Shown piece after piece: positions 39,101 through 49,430 of a stretch of DNA of 59,153 nt. The notes under the pieces are model-generated. The model made no database searches and was not told the DNA's origin. It worked only from the letters and a program-made list of their open reading frames with translations. The first letter of the stretch is position 1. Each line of letters starts with the position of its first letter. Both the position numbers and the translations under genes were made by a program. Origin of the DNA: Phoronis australis (lineage: Eukaryota > Animalia > Phoronida); contig NMRA01000561.1 of assembly GCA_002633005.1 (NCBI GenBank), positions 1 through 59,153 on the forward strand, given 5' to 3'.

Positions 39101-41179
39101 TTTTAAAGAGACTCACGAGACCACCAGCCATTAAAAGTAATATGCAGTTGATATTGTTTTTGTGGTGCAAATGGTTTGTTATTCAAATGTCTTGAATACA
39201 GAATGAGTAATTTGCCACCAACATTTAGAAATTCTACTACATTACCCCCGGAAACCGTTTTGAACTTATGTTTTTACAATGTCATATGTCATCTGCACTG
39301 ATTGGGGTAAGAGAATGAAGCTTGGCTTAAATATGGGAAAAGTATTGGAATTTTTACAAATAAAATAAAAATATTGTCAGACAAACTGCTAGATATACAT
39401 TTAAACACCTCAATATGTACTAAAACGGATCACTTTCAAATGCCTGAGATTGCTGGGACAGCAAGTAAAAAAATTCAGTCAGTCTTCGACATCTTTCAAT
39501 CTTTGTATTCTTTGCACCTGAGATTTTACCTTCTGAACACTTCATAACATGCGCAAAATACGAGCATAAAATTACGAGCGAAAAATACGAAAGCAAAATT
39601 ACGAGAGTGCACTTGCTTCAGAGCTCACGTGACCTACAGACCAATTCCTCATTGGATATAATGATTACGGTTGTAAAACACAAATGAAGTCTCGATAAAA
39701 ATTACACTTTCACCCGAACTTCCCAGGATAAATTACTCTCGTAATTACGGGTGAACGATTTCAGTCGTAAAAGGCGAGCGAAGTTTGGATCGTAACTAAG
39801 AGCGTAACTGACCTGTCGCAAGCTCCGCCCCCTTACGAAAAGTCACGTGACACCCGACAAACAAACAAGATGTCAGAAGCAAATACACTGTTAGTGCTAA
39901 ACGATGTTCCTGGTGTAATCGGTTTTTTGCACAATCCCAAAACGCTGCGACAAAGAAAACAGGCGATGCTTTTCACCAAAGAATCAAACCTTCAAGATGT
40001 GGGAATTTGTAAAGGTGACGATGAACAAATAAGTGTTTGAGGAAAAGTATTTCGGAGCCAGCGAAAATCCGAAGAACCCTACACGGGGTTCACCTTCACC
40101 TGACAAATGACAAGGCCACTGATGCGATATGTTCATGTAAAGCTGGGTATGTACCTTAAAGACCATTTATCTGTACGATGCAACGATTTCAAAATCTTTC
40201 GAGCAAAATCAGTGAAGATTCACCGATATTTTTATTCTGTCGTCTGCTAAATTCCGCCAAATGAAAAGTAGGTCACAACTGGTGGGACTCCCGAGTAAAG
40301 TAGGTCGATTCGATAGCACTGTTTACGCTTTTCTAACCTTCGAACGAAATATTCTAATTAAAAAAACCAGGTTCCTAACTCGAGTACGCAGTCATCTTGT
40401 CCTAGGAGAGCAGTAAGCTCCGGCATGTCTCGGGATGTGTCCAAGTCAATTTAATGCATGGAAATCAGTGGCCGTAAATTTTGCATCATTAAGGCATTTT
40501 TAAGTTAGGCCTACCTTCTGATGAACTTCGCATTTTTTGTAGTTTCACTGTGTAAAGGTAGGTTTCTGTTAATTTCAAATGTAGCATGATCGCCAAGCTG
40601 TGGTATGGTTACAAAAGATGGTGTATTGGCAAAAATGGCTACTTACAAAAATAACTCATTAATTCTTTTTGAAAGCTTCATAAATCTAAATGTCATACAC
40701 ATGTATGTTTCAACAACTTAAATATGAGCTCACGCTAACTCTACAGGCAAAGTGTATAGTACTAGGAGTTCTCATCAAAAAGTAATTCAACTGTTTATTT
40801 TTTCGTGACAAAAGCTCGAACAAGCCTTTGGGTTCACTAACTGAATCCAGTGCCCCTCCCTATGCCGATCGAATCGCTCAATTTTTCATCACTTTTCAAG
40901 GGATATTATTCTGGAGCTGCATAACGGCTATCGAAATTACACATGCCATATCAGTATCGTTTCACATTATTATCGCACAGTTTCCTGAGCTGTCGTCTAC
41001 CATAAGCTTTACACGACGACGTATTGTTTGTCGGGTAAAATGACAGCTTGGAAACGCAGGCTAAAGTGTGTCAAGAATGCTGCGTTCCGATTGGTCAGAT
41101 AAGTCGTCAGTCATAATCCTGGCGATAGGTCACTTACGGGGGACACTTTCCCCCGAAAGGCCCACAATAGGGGGCAGGT

Positions 41180-41883
41180 TGTTCTTGGTCGGTGCTAATA
41201 CCTTTCGGTGCGATGACAGACTGAAGACTGGTTCGAGTTAATCACTTTATTAATTTTGACCGTATTTTCACAAGTCTTCTCAAACAAAATGTCTGATGTA
41301 ATGTCAGTCCTACGCTCCAGCCAGTGCTGCGAAGCATTGACTTCTGGTAAACTCTTATACTTTTACTCAACTTCAACTCAGCTTTTACTTTAACTCGACT
41401 TCAACTTAATCACTTGACTCACACTAACCCATTCACTAATACTTATAGTTTATTACAATGTTCTGGACCCATTTCACCGGTAGACAAACTTATTCTAGAA
41501 CTTTGTGGATTTCCGTAAACATAAACAGTGATCTAGAATATTCCAGATTACGGCTTTATTTACTAATCACTTATATGATGGAACATTCCTCTAGAATGTC
41601 CTATAGTTTTCCGTTGAAAACAAATTACATCATCAATAGCCTGACCTCATGGGTCACGTCCTCAAGTGTTACCTACTAGTAAACATATAGAACAGTAATA
41701 CTAAAATAAAACCTGTAGAAGCAAAACTAGGGTCAGCCCAACTAGGGTCAGCCCAACTAGGGTCAGCCTAACTAGGGTCGGCCTAACTAGGGTCGGCCTA
41801 ACTAGGGTCGGCCAACTAGGGTCATCCTAACTAGGATCAGCCTAACTAGGGCCAGCCTAACTAGGGTCAGCCTACTCTTCACA
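41180..41883 (-). mobile_element. LTR-like dispersed repeat (copy 1) with an internal 15-bp array
   Basis: ~41190-41345 is strongly similar to ~58410-58560. TG...CA ends, with minus-strand AATAAA and TATA-like motif. No TSD found. Confidence 0.5.
41726..41874. repeat. 15-bp minisatellite (~10 copies)
   Basis: Unit AACTAGGGTC(A/G)GCC(C/T). Confidence 0.95.
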
Positions 41884-42164
41884 ATATGTATGAACGCATT
41901 ACAAGGTGCCATGCGAGTACAGATTTCATTGAACATCCGGTGAAAAGACTTCCTTTTTGGTCATGGTAAATGAAAAGTTACACGCACTAACAAATTAATG
42001 ACAGTGAAATGAAGGCCCATTAATGCTTTTTTAGTTTGAAAAATTATAATGAAATGCGTATTTATTAGCAATTTAGTCAAATGAATGTTATCATCAGGAG
42101 ATTACTAAATCCGTTCTAGAGTAGGAAGATTGTCAACATCTCAACACCGACAAGAGTTTACAGT

Positions 42165-43426
42165 GGGCAACTGTTCTACTGTTGTTTTCTTGCTGGTAAT
42201 TTACTAAAGTTGCCACGGCTGTTATGAAACTCGACCAATTTTGACGCTAACCGTCAACTACTGTACGCGAAAATGTGAAAAAACCAGCGGAATTCAACCT
42301 GAATTGAGTGTTCTCATGCACAGGTCACAAACAAAATTAGTTGTACGTTATACTTATATTCTCAAGATGACTCTAGTCACTAACGAAACTTAGAAATATT
42401 AAAAAAATAGCTTACATAAAATATATTGGAACTTTCTTGATAACGTGACAGTTTTCATGTGCTTTGTTGATTTTCAAAATACAAGTTTCGCCTGGTATCA
42501 TCAAATAACGATAAACTAAATGCACAAACTGGTGACTGACGATATTTTTCTACCAGAAGTTCTGCAGCACACATTTTCTGAGACTAACTGCATCAAACAC
42601 AAAATCACAACTAAGTCTAATGGATTGCATGGTGTCATTACACAACTGTCTACAATATGCGCCTATATTCACTCCCACTACTCAACATCGCTACAGGGCT
42701 GCTTACAGGCTTTGGGCTGGAGACTACCCCAGCACAGGACGAATCACTGCTAGTTCTCGGAATTGAACGCTCTGGGGTAAGCAAGGGGGACAGTAGATGA
42801 AGGGCTTAGAGTCATTGTAGAGGCCACAGCTTGCGGCACTTCTCGCTTCAAAAATGCACTCACGGGTGTGGCTACGGGGCACTGACGGGAATCAACATAA
42901 CGGTATGGCACCCTTCTTCAGGCGTTGTTTTGCAGAAACCTTCATCACTTTCGCGTACATATTTCTTTCGTAATTCGACAGCAGAAAAATGCTTGCCACA
43001 CACTCGATAATTCTTCACTGCTTTGTACGTTGCGTGGATGGGTAACACTACATGCGTTCTTCACACGAACGCGAAAGCGATGTAATGGCATACCCAAAGT
43101 GCGCGTGAGACGATAATAAGTATACCCCGTACGCAGCATCGGCAGCAACCGTGTGGCGTGTTGACTGACTCGCAAACAAACGCAAACGATGACCGAAATT
43201 ATCTCAACCGGGGTAAAACAATGACCGACTCAACAGCTCACACAGTCAGACAAAATTAAAACAACTTCGCGGGGAATTCTAAACCTCCTAAACGTAACTG
43301 CCGGAATAGGGCATGACTAATAAATTAAATCAAGAGATGCCCTAACTAACCGAAGATATGCTTGGGATAACCAAGGAATCGTAATTTTATTAAAATAACA
43401 TGAAAAAAGGTTGCTTTCACCTTTAA
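42165..43426 (+). mobile_element. Dispersed repeat, Kolobok-like (copy 2 of the 73-710 family)
   Basis: 42170-42608 is homologous to 260-705. The right end GTTGCTTTCACCT-TTAA resembles the inverse of the terminus at 73. Confidence 0.5.
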
Positions 43427-43786
43427 GACTTGAACATAAATTGAACACATAATATGTAGCAAGAGAAGCGGTGTAAGGTGGTACATGCATTTAGTCCACG
43501 ATAACAAGTGTACGACTGGATTTTCTTTCGACTTCTCGTTCGCAATACTTGTTATCTGTAAGCTGTTATTGTCGGGTTTTCAGAAACTTGTAACTATTTA
43601 TGAAAATTGTTCTGATTTTCTGGAAAACTGAGAATATATTATATCTTTTTTATTAATTCAAGGTGAAAGGAATTATGTTTTTCGTATTCACCTAGTAATA
43701 AGTATAACACGACAGGAAATGACCTGACTACGCATTAAACTACGTACTTTCTATATTCATACGCAATTTGTGGTTAACGCAAAATC

Positions 43787-44046
43787 TATAAAAGATATGT
43801 ATTTGATGTTTCGACGAGTTCAACTTAGCGCACTAAACATACCTGTCAAAAGAGGGCGTGTACTAAAACTTGCGAACAACGGACTGAAGAATTCGTATCC
43901 ACGACGTCGATCAAGGAGAGAGAAAGATACAGTAAGAGCAAGAGTGAAGGAGATAAAGATAGGTTTAAGGAGCCCCCGTGCCCATCAGAATGAAAAGACA
44001 GCAGTGAAGCAAGTGGGCGAGAATTTTGAAATCACTCTTCATTTAT
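43787..44046 (+). promoter_or_regulatory. Candidate TATA box and non-coding first exon of the bursicon-alpha-like gene
   Basis: TATAAAA at 43787-93 and donor AT|GTGAGT at 44046/47, upstream of the acceptor at 45740. Inference only. Confidence 0.3.
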
Positions 44047-44683
44047 GTGAGTGTATTCATACTTACGAAACACGTAGGTCAGTTTTCATTTCTAAATGAT
44101 ACACGGCTCTAAGTACATGCACGGACTTAGTAACGTGTTTGTGATACCCTTCAAAGGAATAACGTAAGAAAACGTGAAGCAGGCTGGTTCACCTTTAGTG
44201 TTTGTAAGACAATAAACTGAAAACCAGTCAATCACGTTCAAACTCGTTCATAATTGTTTAAAAGTAATTTGATTTAGTAGTCGCAATTAAAAGGTTACGT
44301 TTTTGAAGGTGTTTGTGGTCAATTAAGCACGCTTTACTATTTATAAAAACATGTCAACTTTTCTGAAAGGAAATTGATAAAAATGACAATTTTTAAACCT
44401 GAATTTGGACGCAGAGAGCAAGTTAAATAGAGTCAGCATGTCGAGTAACCTGTTCTCAATAGTCTTTCCGTTCTGATAACTGTGTTTAATGGCCGAGACG
44501 CTTCTCGATGTTTAATTCTAGCCATGGCACATACATGTAACAATTTGTCAGTTGACTAGATCAATGATGCCAGAAACAGATAAAGAAATACAACAGTGAT
44601 TAAGCCGGTCAAACGCATACGCTTTTGCATTACCCGACTTACAGAGTTTGAAGATTTTTTTGTTAATTTGTTTTCATGTAAAT

Positions 44684-44980
44684 CATAGGCGAATTTAGGG
44701 GGGGGGGGGGGNGGCAGGGGCTCACCCCCCTTGGCTGCCACAAGCAAAATGAAACAGCAACAGGGTGAAGCGTGAGGAAATATTGAGTTCAGTTACCAGA
44801 ACCGGTAGCGGATGAGGGGGGCTCAGATCCCAGACTGCGGCGGAGTGTACCCGTTTTTTAGTCCTCTGATTGATGTCCGGAACATCCCCTGTCCCGCAGC
44901 TTTCAGGCCGGCTGTGCACATGCCCAATTTCCCGAGACGACATGTTGTGCCCCCTGTATGGTATCCTAGATCCGCCACTG
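44684..44980. mobile_element. hAT-like MITE with 5-bp TSD
   Basis: CATAGGCGAATTTAGGGG ... TAGATCCGCCACTG, flanked by exact TAAAT repeats (44679-83 and 44981-85). Termini are related to 12050-12221. Confidence 0.75.
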
Positions 44981-45758
44981 TAAATAGACTGAAAAGATTC
45001 AAATTACCTTTCAGGGTAAGTAAGATATGCCCAACTGACGAAAAACAAGTTTAAAAAGTTTAATAGTTCGAAAGTCACCTCCTTGCTTAAATTGCTTTCG
45101 CGATTTTTGTCGTATTATTTAGTGTAGCTACGGTAGATGAGTTATCGTACGTTTGGGAGTGGTGTGGTATTACCGTTGCCCTAAGTCATGTTCGTCAGCC
45201 AATGTGTCTCCATTTGTGTTGTTGCGGCTACCCGTTTGAAATAATACCTCACGACTATCGTAAACTAAATATGTTACACGATGATTGCCGTACGACAATT
45301 GCACGATTGTAATAAATTGAACTTATACGTATTCAAATTTCGGAAAAGTTAATTAAAAGGAATAAAATAAGTACTTTCAAGTTTGATCATGCAAGTGAAA
45401 GTTTCAACATATTCATTAGTAGATCATCATGATAGACCAATGTTTGAATTTAATTCCAGTAAATGATACTCCACAAGTATTGGTCTGAACAAATGTCAGA
45501 ACGTTGTCTTAGGTAACGTTGCTCCTGAAAGCAGTTGACATTAGGTTTGGGGGCTGTCCAGACACTATTTAAATTAGCGCAACTTGTCTCACTTGGGACA
45601 ACTATCGAGATAGGGTACCTAATGTTGGGCAACTTGCTGTGTGGCCGCAAACCTGGCGCAACTTCGGTCTTGCGCTAATTATTTTGATGTCACGTCTTTG
45701 CTATTCTGATGAGAAAGCAACAGTTTTCCTTAAATTACAGGAGAAGTCTTGAACCAAA

Positions 45759-45793
45759 ATGACCTGTCACAGTTTCATGCCACAGACCACTAC
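45759..45793 (+). CDS. burs: Predicted ATG-bearing micro-exon of the bursicon-alpha-like gene
   Basis: Acceptor TTTTCCTTAAATTACAG| at 45740, CAAAATG start context, MTCHSFMPQTT plus 2 nt, then donor |GTAAGT. Phase 2 matches the acceptor at 48949. Confidence 0.55.
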
Positions 45794-46036
45794 GTAAGTA
45801 TCCGCCAGTTTATGATATACGTTTTGTTCCCTTACGGACTGAAGGTGTTTGTACAAACATAATTGAAGTGCGCGAAAAAATGCGGTCTGTAGGAAAAGAA
45901 TTGTTTTGAGAAAAAAGAATGTTGTTAATGTAAACGCCAGTTCGGTGGTTGACGGTGGAAAACTCTGTTTTGTACATTTTAGATGGATACAAACTAAAAT
46001 CGATTTGAACCATTTTCTTTCATAAATTATGCCTCG

Positions 46037-46233
46037 TAATATTCTTTACCGTAATAGGATTCCATTTCCATTACCAACTCAACTCAGAGGCAATGCGTAC
46101 ATGCGCCATTTTGGAATTCACAATTTTAGGGTTGACTAACCCAACAAACTCTGAAGCGTTTTCTTGAATCGTAAATGGTTTCCATATTCTTTTAAGTAAC
46201 GGAAATAGAATCCTATCACGGTGAGGAATATTA
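46037..46233. mobile_element. Small MITE with ~35-bp TIRs
   Basis: TAATATTCTTTACCGTAATAGGATTCCATTTCC ... GGAAATAGAATCCTATCACGGTGAGGAATATTA. Confidence 0.75.
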
Positions 46234-46331
46234 GCCTAGAAATCACCTCTAACCTTTATTTTTTGAAAAAGAAATAAGGTTAGACCATTCTTACGCTCTA
46301 TACTTTAAATAACAAAGTTTACTTAATGCTT

Positions 46332-47930
46332 TTAAGAGGCATGGAACGCGAAAGCTCGTGAAAATGTATTTTAAACAATTGCTGACGAAAGCGCCATCTA
46401 GAAACGTGTACTACAAAGTTATTCCTTTCCCTTGTGAGGGAATTTTCGAAAAAAAAACCCATAAATGTCTTAAAGACGCGCGAAGGAATAACTGTGAAGT
46501 AACCACAGTATTCACTTCTGACGAATCGGCCATGCGCTAACATTCGTTCGACAAACAGCTGACTGACAAGATGGATACTAAAACGGCAGATTATCACGTG
46601 TGATCACACTCTCAATTTAAGGTCGACAGTGCTGTATGAGGCGAGCCAGTGTATGGAAAGCCATAGCGGAAAAAATCCAAGATACAAATTTTCTATTCAA
46701 GAACTAAATTCTCTGCAGGATCAGAAAAGAGGAACTCAAACCACAATTTATCGCACCATGGCCTATAATTTATCACTTCAGGACCAAAAATTAACACGTC
46801 AGATCCGAAAATCTATCACGCCAGGACCCAAAATTTATTACGCCAGGAAAACTTAACACGTCAGGAAAATTTCACGCCCTGAAAATTTCATGCCAGGAAA
46901 CCACGTGGACATCCACGTGCACGCGACCCCTCAAAGGCATAGGTACACGATGTCTCGCTGACAACAGTCACATTACCGTGATAATGAGGTTGAATTTCTG
47001 TCGTCACTTCTAAGTTTTACAACAGAAGCCAATGTATAGACTTGAATGCGGCTGAGTATTACCGAGACACAGTGGATCGTCATCATCACGTGGCCTCTTG
47101 GCATGAAATTTTGTCCTGGCATGAAATTTTGTCATGGCAATAAATGTTCTCCTGGCATAAAATTTCTCCTGGCAAAAAATTTTCTCCTGGCAAGAAATTT
47201 TTTTCTCCTGGCAGGAAGTTCTATGTCCTGGCATGATAAATTTTGTGTCCTGGCATGGCGAATTTTGTGTCCTGACGTGATAAATTTTTGGTCCTAACGT
47301 GTTAACTTTTGGTCCTGACATGATAAATTATAGGTTCTGCCCCGATAAATTTGGGTTTCGAGTATATTTTTCTGGTCCTGCAGAGAACATAATTCTTGAA
47401 TAAAAATTTTATGACATGGATTTTTTCCGCTTTGGCTTCCCATACCAGTAAGGCAAGCAATTTTCCAAAAACAATTCCAAGCACACTTTAGAATATGTTT
47501 TAATACTACGGTACATTTATAACAAATTTAAACAGCTAGGACTAACATCAAATGCTTTTTAATCGAAAAAACTGCTGCTTGAGTCGCCAATGGTTTGTTT
47601 ATATCAAAGGTCAAAGTCACATTTTTCATATAAGGGAAATGTGCTGCGTCTGTGTCTTGCCATACAAAATAAGGAGACGTGCTTTGCCTTGAAGTGGAAA
47701 AATCGCCTAAGTGAGCAGGTTGAATTCAGTTTCAATAGCAGAGAATTACTTTGAATACTGCAATTTTGTCTGTTTTGCTCGTTCCAGGCCTCTTAAACAA
47801 AAGATGTTTACTTTCATCTTCTATGAACTTTGAAGAAAACGTAAATACATACAGGACTGTAACTTACAGTATGTTCTTATTTTTATCAGCAAATATGGGT
47901 CTCAATCAGTTTTTGTATGACGTCATCAAC
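46332..47930 (+). mobile_element. Dispersed repeat (copy A; TTAA-initiated), interrupted by an IS3EU-like MITE
   Basis: 46332-46651 and 47445 onward align by eye with 52116-~53070. Confidence 0.7.
46652..47444. mobile_element. IS3EU-like non-autonomous foldback element
   Basis: TATGG...CCATA termini, long imperfect TIRs with ~19-20 bp subterminal tandem repeats (CCTGGCATGAAATTTT-type), and a 6-bp TSD CCAGTG/CCAGTA. An empty site is visible at ~52440-52455. Confidence 0.75.
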
Positions 47931-48306
47931 AACAGTTGAAGCTATGCTTTTTCATTAAAATAAATGAGAAATTTTCTCACATTTTGACTTGATTGCACAA
48001 TATTGATGTATGATAGCTCACTTGCTCTAGTGGTCTAATTTCGTTAAACTTGTTTATTTCTGTGCCTCAAATGAGCGGAGAAATATCTATTTTAGAACTT
48101 GAGGTAGCGCTTAGCGAGTTGAGCAGATAAAATTTGAAGTCGCATTTGGCGAGAGAGGCCAATTGGGTAGAAGTCTCTACCGACAATCTGAGATTATATT
48201 TGACGAAATGGTGTCCCGAAAATCAGCTGCTGCATGAATCATGCAGGTTATGCTATAGTCTTAAGGCATCAACGGTCAAATTCGGTTTGACAAACAAGTT
48301 GATTTT

Positions 48307-48785
48307 GTAATTAGTGAAGTGAAATCTCTATCGTTTGACGGGATATTCACTCATTCTCCGTAATTAGTGCAGTGAAATCTCTTTCGTTTAACGGGATATT
48401 CACTCATTCTCCGTAATTAGTGCAGTGATATCTCTTTCGTTTGACGGGATATTCACTCATTCTCCGTAATTAGTGAAGTGAAATCTCTATCGTTTGACGG
48501 GATATTCACTCATTCTCCGTAATTAGTGAAGTGAAATCTCTATCGTTTGACGGGATATTCACTCATTCTCCGTAATTAGTGCAGTGAAATCTCTTTCGTT
48601 TAACGGGATATTCACTAATTCTCCGTAATTAGTGCAGTGAAATCTCTATCGTTTGACGGGATATTCACTCATTCTCCGTAATTAGTGCAGTGAAATCTCT
48701 ATCGTTTGACGGGATATTCACTCATTCTCCGTAATTAGTGAAGTGAAATCTCTATCGTTTGACGGGATATTCACTCATTCTCCGT
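48307..48785. repeat. 53-bp minisatellite (9 copies) in the bursicon-alpha intron
   Basis: Unit GTAATTAGTG(A/C)AGTGAAATCTCT(A/T)TCGTTT(G/A)ACGGGATATTCACTCATTCTCC, no spacers. Confidence 0.97.
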
Positions 48786-48949
48786 TGTAAGCTGGTGATA
48801 ATAAGCGATTTTATTCATGTGTTGTGGTTATAATCATGGAACGGCGTCCTTCACATTAATCCCTGCAACCTTCATGGACGTTCGTTTGCAGACTTATCAG
48901 GATCGTACCTGTTTAAAGAGGTTTATGGAACAGTCTGCCTTCATTTCAG

Positions 48950-49430
48950 ATCAAGAGGACATCGCGGTAGATGTTTGAGAGACACTGTGCATCTACTGCT
49001 TTTTCTGGCATTACTAACGCAGTTATGTCAAAGTTCAAGGACACGGGTCTGCCGGACGCGCAGAACTTTAATGCTACTGACGATGAGAGACTGCGCAGAG
49101 AAACGTCTGCTCAGTCGGGGCTGTGAGGGGCATTGTACAAGCTATTTACAAGTTGAATTCACTCAAGAAGGCTACAGACTGCATAAATCATGTCATTGCT
49201 GCGTTCCCAAAACGTATCGTGAGGTCCAAGTACCGGTCAATTGTCTTGGGGGGCAAAGAGTAGTAAGTTTTTCTGTTCCGACGGAGTGTATTTGTCGTCC
49301 GTGTTTTGCAGACGTTCCGACGAGCGAAATAGTTCCTTCAGAGCTGAGTCGCAACGACGACGGGCTAAGATTTCAAGGAGACGAACCGGCAACGTCAGAG
49401 GACGTGGAAGAAGACGTGATCTTTTTGTAG
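48950..49430 (+). CDS. burs: Bursicon alpha subunit-like, main coding exon
   Basis: Hydrophobic core HLLLFLALLTQLCQS. The mature region has 11 Cys: 'CEGHCTSYLQV', 'SCHCC', 'VQVPVNC', 'PTECICRPC', then 'EIVPSE', matching bursicon-alpha motifs (CxGxCxSYxQV, SCxCC, PxECxCRPC, IxPxE). Acceptor CTTCATTTCAG| at 48949. Confidence 0.88.

Noticed and set aside
43770-44099. 109-aa basic ORF as an independent gene
   Set aside because: No recognisable domain. It is better explained as promoter or 5'-UTR sequence, or a chance ORF.
48307-48785. Possible CRISPR array (also 31243-31512)
   Set aside because: Units are head to tail with no unique spacers, there are no cas genes, and the context is eukaryotic intron. 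These are minisatellites.
30526-48950. Single-chain beta-alpha fusion by alternative splicing
   Set aside because: Beta exon 2 has its own stop. The beta donor is phase 0, while the AG sites before the alpha signal peptide are phase 1 or 2. Alpha also has its own signal peptide.
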